Below are positions 1 to 11,084 of a DNA stretch of 64,000 nucleotides, piece by piece. The stretch lies in contig CAWCKY010000002.1 in assembly GCA_963796275.1 (NCBI GenBank), positions 96,001 to 160,000 of the forward strand. The letters are read 5' to 3'. A model generated the notes under the pieces. That model saw only the letters and a list, made by a program, of their open reading frames with translations. It had not been told where the DNA came from and searched no databases. The stretch is from an uncultured Acidobacteriota bacterium (lineage in GTDB: Bacteria; Acidobacteriota; Blastocatellia; RBC074). Position 1 is the first letter of the stretch; the number at the start of each line of letters is the position of its first letter. The translations under genes were made by a program, and so were the position numbers.

Positions 1-387
1 CTGGAAGCGTGGAATTTGCGCGGATAGTCAAGTCGGTGGCGGGGAATAGTCCGGGCAGTCTCTCATCCCGAAACTGCCGCAGCCGCCGGCAGAGGATGCT
101 ATAGGCTTGCTCGCGCGCATCGGTCTGTTCTTCGGTCGACCTTCATGGCACACGGCGCACAGAAACTTTTTGACGCATTCGGTGGGCCAGGGCTTTCGGC
201 CATCATCCAGTTGATGTGGCCTTCGGAAGCGCCTTATTGAACACCTCATTATTAGTATGTTTAAATACGAATGTAGTAGTAGAGAAAATCAATCTCGTGA
301 TGTGTATTCCGCTCGGGCTCAATAAAGTGACTGGCGCGTCAGGATTGCCGAATTGACTTAAAGGAAAAGGAATAAGACGCCTAGCCC

Positions 388-437
388 TCTTCAAAGCCTG
401 GTGTCCCACATATCTTCAAAGCCTGGTGTCCCACATA
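388..437. repeat. Exact 25-bp tandem duplication (TCTTCAAAGCCTGGTGTCCCACATA x2)
   Basis: 388-412 is identical to 413-437. Confidence 0.95.
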
Positions 438-524
438 AATGAGCAGGGACTCCATGAATCGGTGTTAGTCAGCTCTCGTCGGTTGAAAACTATCCCCATT
501 TATGGGCCAAAAAAGGAGATTGTC

Positions 525-1226
525 ATGCACAAAGTAACGAACGTCGTTCTCGTTCACGGTGGTTTCGTGGACGGTTCAGGATGGAAGGATGTCTATAAGA
601 TTCTGAGGAAGGATGGCTATGCGGTCAGCATCGTCCAGAATCCGACAATATCGCTGGCAGATGATGTTGCCGCGACCAGGCACATGATTGAGATGCATAA
701 TGGCCCCGTGATTCTCGTGGGTCACTCCTATGGTGGAGCGGTGATTACAGAAGCTGGCAATGATCCAAAGGTCGTGGGACTTGTCTATATTGCCGCCTTT
801 GCTCTTGACCAAGGCGAATCGGTCTCTACGCTTATCAAGGACGCTCCACCCGACGCGCCCGTTCCGCCGATCCTGCCCCCACGGGACGGCTTTCTATTTC
901 TCGACAAGGCGAAGTTTCCAGCATCATTTGCGGCGGACGTGGACGCAGATGGAGCCGCTTTCATGGCTGACTCTCAGGTTCCATGGGGCGTGGACGCGCT
1001 CAGCGGCACGATCAGCGTGCCAGCGTGGAAAACCAAGCCGAGTTGGTACATGGTCGCCACTCAGGACAAGATGATTCCTCCAGCTGCCCAACACTTCATG
1101 TCTAAACGTGCCGGGGCAAAAGTCGTAGAGGTTGCAGGCAGTCATGCGATCTACCTATCACAGCCAAACGCTGTGGCCGCGCTAATCACACAGGCCGCTA
1201 AAGGAGCGGAAGCTGCGGCGAATTGA
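525..1226 (+). CDS. Alpha/beta hydrolase (Abhydrolase_6-like)
   Basis: VVLVHGG, nucleophile elbow GHSYGG, C-terminal GSH; AAGGAG RBS before ATG 525 (ORF track starts at 426). Confidence 0.9.
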   Translation: MHKVTNVVLVHGGFVDGSGWKDVYKILRKDGYAVSIVQNPTISLADDVAATRHMIEMHNGPVILVGHSYGGAVITEAGNDPKVVGLVYIAAFALDQGESVSTLIKDAPPDAPVPPILPPRDGFLFLDKAKFPASFAADVDADGAAFMADSQVPWGVDALSGTISVPAWKTKPSWYMVATQDKMIPPAAQHFMSKRAGAKVVEVAGSHAIYLSQPNAVAALITQAAKGAEAAAN

Positions 1227-1551
1227 GACTCGCGTCGGGAGCTGTTATTTAGATGGCGGCGCGGTGAACATCCTAGCTGGGCGTTTTTATTGTGAAAACT
1301 TGCGACGCCTCAATACGCGTTAAGTCCCTACCCCGCGCCGCCTCGTCCTCCCCCCCCCCGCGATTGCCTCCCATGGCCCGCTTCCCTTCCTCCCAAACCG
1401 GCCGGAGACAGTTGACGGTAATCGAGAGTGTAGGTTTACTCAACGTTCCATTACGAGAGGTTTCTCTAATTGGTTCTCGACTGACAGCTGCTGCCGTTCC
1501 GCCCGCTAAGGACATTACCATCACAATTAGTTCGAGGTCAGCACATCGGAT

Positions 1552-2310
1552 TCAAGTGGCCACAACTAGGCCGCCTGCGACTCGAATGACCTCTCCAGTG
1601 ATCCAGGCGGATTCGTCTGATGCTAGGAATACCGCCAGCGGTGCGATATCGGTGATGCGACCGATCCGGCCGAGCGGCGTCTTTTCAGCCAGAACGGCGC
1701 CCGCACCACCCTCAAAGGTCCCCGCAGCTATATTGCCTTCGGTTTCCGTATGACCGGGAGAGATGGCGTTGACGCGGATATTGCGCGGCGCCAGTTCGAG
1801 CGCCAATCCCCTAGTCAGCGTTTCGATGGCGCCTTTCGTGGACGCGTACAGCAGAGCTCCCGCCACGGGATGCGAACCGACGATGGAGCTGAGGTTGATG
1901 ATGCTCCCGCCATCGGCGCCGAACCGCTTGATCGCCTCTTGCACAGCGAGAATCGCTCCGAGAACGTTGATGTTAAAGTGGAAGTGAAAGCTCTCTTCGG
2001 TAATCTCGGCGAAGGCACCGAAGCGGAATACCCCGGCGTTATTGACCAGAACGTCCAGTCTTCCGAACGCGGAGTCCACCTCTTTGAATAGCCGCGTGAC
2101 ATCCGCGGGATTGGACACGTCGGCCCCGACCGCGATCGCCTTGCCCCCGCTGTCGATGATGGTCTGAGCGACCCGTTCGGCGCCTTCCCGGTCGGAAGAA
2201 TAGTTCACGGCTACGCGTGCGCCCGCAGCAGCCAATGCCGTTGCAATCCCAGCGCCTATGCCTTTGGACGCTCCAGTCACTATTGCCACTTTGTCAGATA
2301 GTCTGTTCAT
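1552..2310 (-). CDS. Short-chain dehydrogenase/reductase (glucose 1-dehydrogenase/FabG-like)
   Basis: TGASKGIG, NNAG, YASTK, VNAISPG motifs. Confidence 0.93.
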   Translation of the reverse strand: MNRLSDKVAIVTGASKGIGAGIATALAAAGARVAVNYSSDREGAERVAQTIIDSGGKAIAVGADVSNPADVTRLFKEVDSAFGRLDVLVNNAGVFRFGAFAEITEESFHFHFNINVLGAILAVQEAIKRFGADGGSIINLSSIVGSHPVAGALLYASTKGAIETLTRGLALELAPRNIRVNAISPGHTETEGNIAAGTFEGGAGAVLAEKTPLGRIGRITDIAPLAVFLASDESAWITGEVIRVAGGLVVAT

Positions 2311-2508
2311 CTAAAACCTCAAAAGGATACTCCATCCATAGCGAACAACTCGGTGACTTGGGTGGAGAGGATTTTGAGATCGAGGGAATCACGGAGAGTT
2401 TATCCTCTCCCGCTTTCTTCGATGATTCGTTAGAATCACTCTTCCCTCTGCTTATGCTTCAGGGTGATGTTAGCCTCGCCGATGTTATCGGACATCCTCG
2501 TCTTCCTT

Positions 2509-4185
2509 TCATTCGCGCAGCGCTTGATGGACAAAGGCGACCGCAATCGATCCTTCCCCGACTGCCGACGCCACACGCTTGAGGCTGCCTCCGCGGACGT
2601 CGCCGACAGCGAATACCCCTGGCAGACTCGTTTCCAGGAGATGAGGGGCCCGGGCAAGCGGCCAATTCGCCGCGGCCAATTCGTCCTGCGACAGATCCGG
2701 CCCCGTTTTGATGAAACCTTTCGCGTCGAGCGCGACGCAACCGTCGAGCCAGTGGGTGTTTGGAATGGCGCCTGCCATAACGAAGACATGGCTGATGTTG
2801 CGCATCTCGATGTCCCCAGTTTGATTGTCCCGCCAGCAAACGCGCTCGAGATGATAATTCCCTTCAAGAGCAACGATTTCTGTGTGCAGTCTTAAGACGA
2901 TGGCAGGACTCTGTTCGATGCGGCGAATTAGGTAGCGCGACATGGTCTCCGCCAATCTGTCAGATCGGACGAGCAGGTACACGCGTCTGGCGGTCTGGGC
3001 GAGAAACACGGCGGCTTGGCCCGCTGAGTTGCCTCCGCCTACCACAATCACTTCTTCATCACGGCAAAGTTGGGCCTCAATAAATGTCGCGACGTAATAG
3101 ACACCCGCGCTTTCGAATTTCGACAAGTTATCGAGCGATGGTTTCCGATATTCGGCGCCGGTCGCGATGATGATAGTGCGCGCCGGTACACTCAGCCCAC
3201 CGTCCACCTCAACGGCATATGGCTTCCGGTCGCACACAAGCTTTTTGGCGCCCTTCGCGATGATCAGTTGCGCCCCGAACTTTTGCGACTGTACGTAAGC
3301 GCGCGCAGCGAGTTCCTGCCCCGAGATGCCTGTGGGAAAGCCGAGGTAATTTTCGATCTTGGAGCTTGAACCTGCCTGTCCCCCCGGTGCGTTAGCTTCC
3401 AGCGCCAGAACATCAAGTCCTTCAGACGCGCCATACACAGCCGCCGAAAGGCCCGCAGGTCCGGCGCCGACGATAACCAGGTCGCGGATCTGTGTCTGGT
3501 CAATCGCCTCGTTGAAGCCGAGACAATCGGCGAGTTGTTGATTGGTCGGATTGCGAAGTACAACCTTGTCGTAACAGATCACAACAGGCACGTCAGCCGG
3601 GGTGACGTGGAAATGATCCAGCAATTCCTGTACGTCGGCGTCGCGGTCAAGATCGATGGACGAATACGGGTGTCCGTTACGGGTCAGGAACTCTTTGACG
3701 CGAAGTGTCCCCGCACAATGGCTCGACCCGACGATCGCAATATCCCCTAGTCCATGAGCAATCAACTCTATTCGGCGGAGGATGAAGGCTCGCATGAAAA
3801 TATCGCTCAACTCGCTGTCCGTTTGCACAAGCGTCAGCAGATGTTCGCGATCAACTTCAATCACTTCGCTCGTCTCGCCTGCCCGTATCTGGGCCAGCCC
3901 GCGGCGCCCCGTAAGAAGTGTTACTTCGCCAGTAAACATACCCGGACCATAGATAGCTATAAGCTCTTCGGTTGCGCCTGATAGCCGTATAATCTCGATT
4001 TGACCTGCGGTGACGACGAAGAACCGGGCAGTGCGAATGCCGGCTTCGACCAGCACTTCACCGCGTTGCACGCGCCGCACGCGACCATGCGCCGCGATCC
4101 GCGCGATCTGGGCCTCCGTCAATGTCGGGAGTATTTTTTCGGTGGGCGCCTTTGCCGATTGGATTATCGGGGTTTTATCATTCAT
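2509..4185 (-). CDS. Cyclic-nucleotide-binding domain + thioredoxin-reductase-like flavoprotein
   Basis: N-terminal cNMP-like domain (GMFTGE); GAGPAG, IENYLGFP, GGGNSAG and GVFAVGD motifs. Confidence 0.9.
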   Translation of the reverse strand: MNDKTPIIQSAKAPTEKILPTLTEAQIARIAAHGRVRRVQRGEVLVEAGIRTARFFVVTAGQIEIIRLSGATEELIAIYGPGMFTGEVTLLTGRRGLAQIRAGETSEVIEVDREHLLTLVQTDSELSDIFMRAFILRRIELIAHGLGDIAIVGSSHCAGTLRVKEFLTRNGHPYSSIDLDRDADVQELLDHFHVTPADVPVVICYDKVVLRNPTNQQLADCLGFNEAIDQTQIRDLVIVGAGPAGLSAAVYGASEGLDVLALEANAPGGQAGSSSKIENYLGFPTGISGQELAARAYVQSQKFGAQLIIAKGAKKLVCDRKPYAVEVDGGLSVPARTIIIATGAEYRKPSLDNLSKFESAGVYYVATFIEAQLCRDEEVIVVGGGNSAGQAAVFLAQTARRVYLLVRSDRLAETMSRYLIRRIEQSPAIVLRLHTEIVALEGNYHLERVCWRDNQTGDIEMRNISHVFVMAGAIPNTHWLDGCVALDAKGFIKTGPDLSQDELAAANWPLARAPHLLETSLPGVFAVGDVRGGSLKRVASAVGEGSIAVAFVHQALRE

Positions 4186-4439
4186 AGTATTGAGCGTCCT
4201 CCTTTCGTTCCCTACTGAGCCTATTACTCCTTAACCTGCAGGGCTTCCCAAAGAATCGCCTATAAGGCTGGATCGTTACCCTAATTTAAGGAGACGTCGG
4301 CCTACGTTTCAATAGGCCATCGACGTGTCGTCGTGCCGTCGTGCCGCCCTGTCTCTTTGATAAATCGGCTGGTCCAGCACGTCTGATTGATCGATTGCCT
4401 GCCTTGATGCAGCCGGTGGAAGAACCCTCCTGATGAATA

Positions 4440-5675
4440 TTAGTAGTCCCCTTTCTTCTCCTTTCCCTTCTCGTAGAAAGGCTCTTTGAGGCCGCGCCGC
4501 GCCTGTTCCCTCGTGTCGTAAACGTTGGGCCGCGTCAGTACGACCTTGTACTGTAACACCGCCTCATTGCGCAGCCCCGCCAGGTCATAAACCTGGGCCG
4601 ACCTCAATAGGGCCAGGGTGGCTAGGTTCGCATCTGATCCATCGCACTTCGGTACCGCAAGGAAATGCTCGACCGCGCGTTTATACTCTTGGTTGAGCAC
4701 CAGCGCTTCAGCAAACTGGTAATGGATCAGGTCACCTGCCTGTCCCGCCTCGGGCTCTTGAAGTAGTTCCTCAAAAGCTTCGTATGCGTCTTGAGTGTGC
4801 TTGAGCGATACCAAAGTATATGTCTTCTCCAGCTTGACCAGATAATTGCGCGGGTACTTGGCGGAGAGATAGTCGAGAATGTTAAGCGCGTCGTGATATC
4901 GTTTCTCGTTTTGGTAGACCGCCAATAACAAGACGCGCGCGCCATCAGCAGACGCGGCCTCTTTCTCGATGGCCGTTTGAAGCCTCTTGATCCCGCGCTC
5001 GGCGTTCCCGCGGTGCCCGGCAATCACTGCCATCGCTTTATAGGCGAAGGGCAGATTCCCCAATATGTAGTCATACATCCCGACCGAGAGATAGGCGTCG
5101 TAGTAGTCTGGTTCCAACTTCAAAACCTTCTGATGCGCATCCACGCTGCGCGACCCATTACGCAGCGCGGTGAAGAATTTGCGCGCGGTCGAGGCTTCAT
5201 ACCCAGCCATCACACCGTAAATGGCCCCGAGAAAATAGAGCGCATCGGCATCATTCCTGTTGCGAGCGACGAGCGCGAGCGCCTTGGTCTTGGCTTGCGC
5301 CATCAGATCGCGAAACGTGCGATCGACCGCCGGGTCGACCGCATCGCCTTCGGTCTCCTCCTTCGCTTTGTCGGCGCCGGCATAGAAGCTTGATCGGTCG
5401 CGATAGAGGCTGGTCTGCAGGCGACGACTCTTGTATAGGTGTTCGAGCCAGGTGACTGTCGCCAGATAAAGGTAGCCTGCAGGATGATACGGTAAGCGCT
5501 TCCTGATCTCATCGTATTTAGCCCGCGCAGTGGTGTAATCAATGTTATAGGTAGCCGCATTCGCCTCGGCCCTCAACTGGATCACATCAGGCGGCAGAGC
5601 GGCACCCTTATCCTGCGTCTGCCCCAAGACCAATCCAGGCAGAACGGCGAGGAAGAAAATTGCAATTTTATTCAT
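4440..5675 (-). CDS. Secreted TPR-like helical repeat protein
   Basis: Signal peptide (MNKIAIFFLAVLPGLVLG); TPR-like helices (DALYFLG, LEPDYYDAYLSVG). Confidence 0.8.
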   Translation of the reverse strand: MNKIAIFFLAVLPGLVLGQTQDKGAALPPDVIQLRAEANAATYNIDYTTARAKYDEIRKRLPYHPAGYLYLATVTWLEHLYKSRRLQTSLYRDRSSFYAGADKAKEETEGDAVDPAVDRTFRDLMAQAKTKALALVARNRNDADALYFLGAIYGVMAGYEASTARKFFTALRNGSRSVDAHQKVLKLEPDYYDAYLSVGMYDYILGNLPFAYKAMAVIAGHRGNAERGIKRLQTAIEKEAASADGARVLLLAVYQNEKRYHDALNILDYLSAKYPRNYLVKLEKTYTLVSLKHTQDAYEAFEELLQEPEAGQAGDLIHYQFAEALVLNQEYKRAVEHFLAVPKCDGSDANLATLALLRSAQVYDLAGLRNEAVLQYKVVLTRPNVYDTREQARRGLKEPFYEKGKEKKGDY

Positions 5676-6280
5676 ATCTCATCCCAGTTCCCGAACCAAA
5701 CAGAAGATAATTCATCCTCTTCGAAGCGTCCCAGCTAGACAAATCCCTGCATCCTCGCGGCGGGCGGAGCACATAGGGCTGCAGCAGAAAGGTGGTGTAC
5801 AGGGAGGTAAGGGATTAGACGGACAGCCGTACCTCAAAACCGCGGGTAGCACCGAGATGAAATGTCAGGCTTCGACATGCGCATGCTTACACTTTATTGA
5901 ACCCCTGAGCCCTGACCGTGGTCAGGCTACTCAGCGAGCAGAACCAGTTACTCTATGAAGGAGGAATTACTTGTAGGAGTAGTTAATAGGAGCGATTAAG
6001 ATGATAACTCGATCAATGACTTTCTACAACCAAGCCACTTTGCCCAGACAGTGATTGCTCTCTCAAGGTGCTCGTTTCGCCGCGCTGCACCATAGGATTA
6101 ATGGCGGGCGAAGCGCCCTCGATGCAAAATTCATCTCCAGCCAAGCTCGCCAAGATGCTCGCTATGGATGGAGTATTCTTTCCGCGAACTTCAGATAAAT
6201 TGGCGATCGGCGACTGCAAATCGGCGATCTTTGCAGGGACGTACACCAAAGAACGGTGTGCGTCCCTGCTGGCTCTGTTC

Positions 6281-7870
6281 TCAGCGGCGGTGGATTTCGA
6301 AAATCGCGCCCTTTGAGAGTGAAACGACAAAGAGGTTGCCATTGGGTCCGGTCTCGATGTCGGTGCCGACTCCGAAGTCACGGCCGATAAGGAGGCTTTC
6401 GCTCTCGGTAATATCATGTTTCGCGAGGTTGTCAGCCACGCGGTCCTTGAGCCGTGGGTCGTCCACCGCGATTCTTCCGCGGTTGCGGGTCAGTTTGAGA
6501 CGGAACAGGTAGCCACCCTCCAAGAGAGGCGTTGCAGCCCCCACGAACAGGTCTCCTTCGAACTTGCTCCCTAACGCAGGGCTATTCACGAACCCGATCC
6601 CTCCTGGGGCAACTTCGAACTTCCAACTGAATTCGGGGTCGCTGTAATCTGCGTCGCGCAACATAAAGAGGCGCGAGAGGGCCTCCTGCGGTGTATCGGC
6701 AATATTCGTGGGTGGCCAGCGGATTTGCTGAAGTTCGGCACCGGGCACACCTCCAGATGGAGGTAAGGTTAACTCGATTTGTTTGAACTGCTCGATTCGC
6801 GATACCGGACCCATGATTTGGATCCAACCCCCGTTCATTCCCGGCTCGACGCGATCAATTTCGCTGAAGGAATCATCGCCGTTTTGTTGTATCCACAGGT
6901 CCTCAGACCGGGGATCGACAGCCATACCAAAGCTGTTGCGGAAGCCATAAGCGAAAACCTTCTGGATGTTTGTCCCGACTTCGCCACCCATTTTCTCGCC
7001 GACTTCGAAAAACGGATTGTCCTGGGGGATGGAACCGTCGTCATTCAGCCTGAGAACCACTCCGGAGAGGTGCGCATTATCCGGCTCCGGTCCTCCAAAT
7101 TGATCGTCCTGGACTTTCGGGCCCGGACAGTTAGCAGTGGGGCCACACGGAAGGTTCTGCATCCAGCCGCGCCGGCCCAAGTCGCCGATCAGGATGAAGA
7201 GCTTGGCGAGATCGTCATCCTTATCAGCCTTATCATCTCCATCCCTGCCGTCGTTGTTGGCATCGCCCTGTTCAAACGCAAGGACGCCGCCGTTATGGTT
7301 GCCTCGCTCTGGCTGACCGTCATCCTGCTGAATGGCGCGTATTCTGATGAGATTCCGATCTAACGTCAAAGTTGATCCGTTCCAAACAAAGCGATCCACG
7401 CGGTTGCCCAGCAACGGCGTCTCCGCGGGCACATTTGTGTCGGCGCCCGTGGTGCTTTCCGTCCAGTAAAGATAGACGCCAGGATTCCTCGGGAAGTCCG
7501 GGTGCAAGGCAATTCCCAGCAGACCACGTTCGGAAAAGAAGTTCACCGCAAGGTCCAGCACCGTAGCTCCGATGATTCCGTTTTCCACGCGCCGCACCCT
7601 GCCCGTGTTCTTTTCCAGCACGAGGATGTCATTAGCGCCGAGGAACGCAATGGTGCTTGGGGTAATCAGACCGCTGACGACTGTTCTAACAGCCAGGTCC
7701 GGGTGCAACATACTGGGCTCTGGTAATTGAGCTTCTACGCGGTCACTCGTGCTCAAAAGTACTACGACTGCAAGACCGGCAAGTAGTGCGCCAACCACAA
7801 CATAAAGCCGTTTCGTCGGCGTAGACGGATGTGTCGAACAATTTTCGCTGCTCTTTTTGAAAAGTCGCAT
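6281..7870 (-). CDS. PQQ-dependent sugar dehydrogenase (glucose/sorbosone dehydrogenase family)
   Basis: ERGLLGIALHPDF, NHNGG, IPQDNPF, AYGFRNSFG; N-terminal hydrophobic export segment. Confidence 0.88.
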   Translation of the reverse strand: MRLFKKSSENCSTHPSTPTKRLYVVVGALLAGLAVVVLLSTSDRVEAQLPEPSMLHPDLAVRTVVSGLITPSTIAFLGANDILVLEKNTGRVRRVENGIIGATVLDLAVNFFSERGLLGIALHPDFPRNPGVYLYWTESTTGADTNVPAETPLLGNRVDRFVWNGSTLTLDRNLIRIRAIQQDDGQPERGNHNGGVLAFEQGDANNDGRDGDDKADKDDDLAKLFILIGDLGRRGWMQNLPCGPTANCPGPKVQDDQFGGPEPDNAHLSGVVLRLNDDGSIPQDNPFFEVGEKMGGEVGTNIQKVFAYGFRNSFGMAVDPRSEDLWIQQNGDDSFSEIDRVEPGMNGGWIQIMGPVSRIEQFKQIELTLPPSGGVPGAELQQIRWPPTNIADTPQEALSRLFMLRDADYSDPEFSWKFEVAPGGIGFVNSPALGSKFEGDLFVGAATPLLEGGYLFRLKLTRNRGRIAVDDPRLKDRVADNLAKHDITESESLLIGRDFGVGTDIETGPNGNLFVVSLSKGAIFEIHRR

Positions 7871-8699
7871 TAGCTAAGTTCTCCTCTCTGGTTCACTGTC
7901 AATCGCAGAAACTCTCTATACTCGGATTGTCGATCGGGAAAACGTTCGAACCCTCGCCACATCGTGCCCGATCAACGCAATTATCACCTTGGATAGAAAG
8001 CAGTTCGTATAGGGTTGATAGGTTTGGCGGCAAGCAACATCCAGGGGATCCCTGCCAATATTGCCACTAGGTATTTAGATCTACTCTTCATACACTGACT
8101 CTTTCTGTGGCCTTAACATCGTTAAGCCCCTATGAGACTCACATTTCCTCTGTTGGATGAAAACACGTGGGAGTTGCGCAACCATGACCTTGACCATCGC
8201 CGCACGGGCGAGAGTGGTCATTTCGCGCGAGACAATGCGCCGCGAACTGCACCAAGGCCTATGTCTGGAAGCGCGTCAGACTCCGTGCCAATAATGATGA
8301 CCCCGAGCGGGCGGCAAATTGGCACTCGTTCGTCAGACAATAGAGCATTTGGGTAAGGAGGAAGCCTTCTTTTGGTCGATGAACTCGAAATGCACCTCCT
8401 GGCGAAGGATAAGTTTCAGAGGATGCTCGAAGGGAGTTACACCGCAAGTACACTTACAATTTTGTCTGAGCAATTAGTGTTCCACTTGATCTGACAGATG
8501 TGATCGCACTTTTACAATGATTTTAGGTCTTCAAGGCGTGGGTCTGCGATACAGCGCTGACATCATCTGTGGCATTCCGTAAGACAGTAGTACATTCTGT
8601 TTTCACACAACGAGAACTCTATTGGAGTGGGAGGCTAGCTCCATAGCGAGCGATCAACCTGAGGCAATTCATTCCACCTAAGACGCCGATGTTCGTCGC

Positions 8700-9258
8700 C
8701 GGAGACGGCTCACCTATGGCATCGCTGCGGTCGGTCTCACTTTCTATCAGTACACTCGAAATACAGAAGTCGCAATCAATCAATTACGGTCCTGCCATTT
8801 GTCAATCAGAACAACCAGCAGGACATGGATTACCGCTCGGATGGTTTGACTGAAGGGATCATCAACATCCTCACTCATCTTCCAAATCTTTGAAGCTCTC
8901 GGGTGAGCAACACACGCGTATGAATAAGCATTACACCGACAACCCCGATGCTTATCAGCTTTATTTGAGAGGCGCTTCTACTGGAACAAACGTACGGGTG
9001 GGCGCTGAAAAAATCGATCGAGTATTTCAACCAGGAAGTCGAGAAAGACCGAGCTACGCCTTGGCTTACGCGGGATTAGCCGATGCATATGGCTTGCTTT
9101 TGCTTCCCAGCTATGCGGCTAACTCATCCCAGGAGGCTGTTCCAAAAGCGAAAGCCGCATCAAGGAAAGCAATCGAGCTGGATGCCTCTCAGGCTGAGGC
9201 TCATACGTCGCTTGCGAACGCTGTGTTCAATTACGATTGGAACCTCCCGGAAGCAACT
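8700..9258 (+). pseudogene. Remnant of a TolB-like (SIAVLPF) + TPR module of the kind found on Ser/Thr kinases and regulators
   Basis: SITVLPFVNQ...SDGLTEGIINILTHLPNL* (about 8780-8893), then in another frame NPDAYQLYLRG...YALAYAGLADAY...AIELD...AEAHTSLA...YDWN; internal deletion, frameshifts, no intact start. Confidence 0.75.
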
Positions 9259-9414
9259 TTCGTAACGCTTCTCCTTCTGTCGCTGCCGGATCAGCGCATT
9301 GTTCATCGGCACCGAGGCCGCCAGCGCCAATCCGGTCACAAGAAGAAGAGCAATCGCGGCGCCGGCCATCTTGCGTTGCTTCCTTTCCTTCGTTATTTCG
9401 CTTTTGCGATTCAC
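9259..9414 (-). pseudogene. 5' fragment of an exported protein (signal/TM followed by KRYE; possibly SCO/copper-binding), truncated
   Basis: Downstream of the TonB receptor fragment; hydrophobic segment, then runs into the opposite-strand TPR remnant. Confidence 0.35.
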
Positions 9415-9438
9415 AGATATTTTCCTCCAAGGGTAGAA

Positions 9439-10007
9439 TCAAAACCGCAAGCGTATCCCGCCGAATATCGAGCGCCCATTCGCCGGCTCGAAGAAGGTAC
9501 CCGCGGCGCTGTCAACTTGAACCGACGCCGAGTAGAGCCGGTCGGTCAGATTATTCGCCGCGAAGAAGATGCCCCACCGTTGCCGGTCGAAGCCCGCCCT
9601 ACAATTCAGCACCGCGTACTTGTCGTTGCGCGCAGTGTTCGCGCTGTCCATGAAATAGGTCGCGGGCGACCAGTCAACGTTGGGCGCCATCCAGAAACCG
9701 CGCGGGTGGTCGTAGCGCAGCTCCGTGCGTAGAAGATGGCGCGGCGCGCCCGGCAGGTAGTTATTGAAGTACGTCAGGTCATCAACGTAGCGGAAACGCG
9801 AGAATGTGTAAACCGTGGCGCCGAGAGCGCGTCGCTGCCGGTGAAAAACCCTTTCCGGAGTGTGGCGTCGAGCGCGAGTTCAACTCCAGTGTGGCGCATG
9901 TTAGGAGCGCTGCGGAAGCTCGGAATCGTGAAGGGCGCGACGGGAAACGGGAGGACGTTGGTGTTGATGATTTCGTCGTTAATTTCAGGATTGAAGAACG
10001 TCAGCTC
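9439..10007 (-). pseudogene. C-terminal fragment of a TonB-dependent receptor, frameshifted near 9815
   Basis: HTGVELALD.../YTFSRFRY...NYLPGAPRH...ANNLTDRLY...PANGRSIFGGIRLRF with terminal Phe; 5' part missing. Confidence 0.8.
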
Positions 10008-10286
10008 TTAGTTGAGCCTTTCTCCCGCGATCAAAGTGCTGGATAGGCGCCAATACCCGTTCTTAAGTGGTTTTCACTACCTCAGTCGTGAATGGGTATT
10101 CGGGCAATGCTAGCTTCATTGATGCGAGAGATATCTGTCACGATGATGGTTGCCGTCGTCAGTGGTAGTGTCCGTTTCCATATCGATCGAAGGGGGCAAA
10201 CAATGATCTCTGAGATGAACGTCAAAAGTTATCCCTAGTGATGTTGCGTCGGTAAATTGTGGAACAATCTGGATCCTAACGAACTG

Positions 10287-11042
10287 CTATGAGATCAAGT
10301 CTTCCTCCCAGTGCTCTACTCCCGACGACGTCTCACCTACCAGCAAGGAGACGAATGCGAGTAACGCCACCCGTGCACTGCCGAGAGGATAGTAAAACGC
10401 ATCCCAGTTCTCGCTATCTTCCCCGTCGTGATTATGGATGACATATTGAAAGTAGTGTGCTTCCTGCAGTTCGCGATAGGCGCTCGAAGCACGTCTTTCG
10501 ATGTCCTCCAGGTCCCTCAGTGAGAGTTCGCCCTTCTGCCGCCTTGTTCGACGCAGCAGTTTTCTCCGCATGACGTCGGTAATGAGGTTGGGAAGTGATA
10601 CGCTAGGTTCCGCCGCCTTAAGGAAGATGATCTCGTTACGAGAGAGCGGGGACATGAATACACTCAGCCGGTTCACCTCGGCTAGCGCAGGGGAAGTCTG
10701 CAAGGACTGGCCGACAAAGGGATTGCCCTCGAAGAGTACGTCGCCTCGAGCCAAGGACACCGACAACTCCTGAAGATCCAGGGCCTGCAGATCGCCCCGT
10801 ACATCCATAACCACGAACTGATCTTTCGCCTTCAGATTCTCTACTTGCTCGCGGGAACGGAAATGGTAGGCGACTCCATCTTCCTCCCCTGGTCGAGCGG
10901 CACGACTGTTGTAGAGCACGAGAGGCTGCAAAGTCTTGCGCAGCTCCGGATAAAATTTGGCGAGAGCCTTGGCTAGGGGGCTCTTCCCTACGCACGAAGG
11001 GCCAGAGAGAATAACCAGACGTCCTTTTCGTTCATCCGTCAT
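10287..11042 (-). CDS. Guanylate-kinase-like P-loop kinase (divergent)
   Basis: LVILSGPSCVGKS P-loop; SRAARPGEEDGVAYHF resembles the Gmk TRxxRxGExxGxxYxF motif; GGAGG RBS. Confidence 0.8.
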   Translation of the reverse strand: MTDERKGRLVILSGPSCVGKSPLAKALAKFYPELRKTLQPLVLYNSRAARPGEEDGVAYHFRSREQVENLKAKDQFVVMDVRGDLQALDLQELSVSLARGDVLFEGNPFVGQSLQTSPALAEVNRLSVFMSPLSRNEIIFLKAAEPSVSLPNLITDVMRRKLLRRTRRQKGELSLRDLEDIERRASSAYRELQEAHYFQYVIHNHDGEDSENWDAFYYPLGSARVALLAFVSLLVGETSSGVEHWEEDLIS

Positions 11043-11084
11043 ATATGAATCCTCCGCTTGTGGTGTGTCGTACGTTTAAGCTCA

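Noticed and set aside
1-250. Possible gene fragment at the window start
   Set aside because: No frame gives a recognisable protein
340-378. Operator-like GAAAA...AAGAC upstream of the first hydrolase
   Set aside because: The first half-site GCAARA is absent
8029-8070. Sigma-54-like TGG...GC elements upstream of the PQQ dehydrogenase
   Set aside because: GG-GC spacing is 8-9 bp, not the required 10
8890-9732. 280-aa ORF as a real gene
   Set aside because: Chimera of a TPR remnant and antisense TonB receptor sequence
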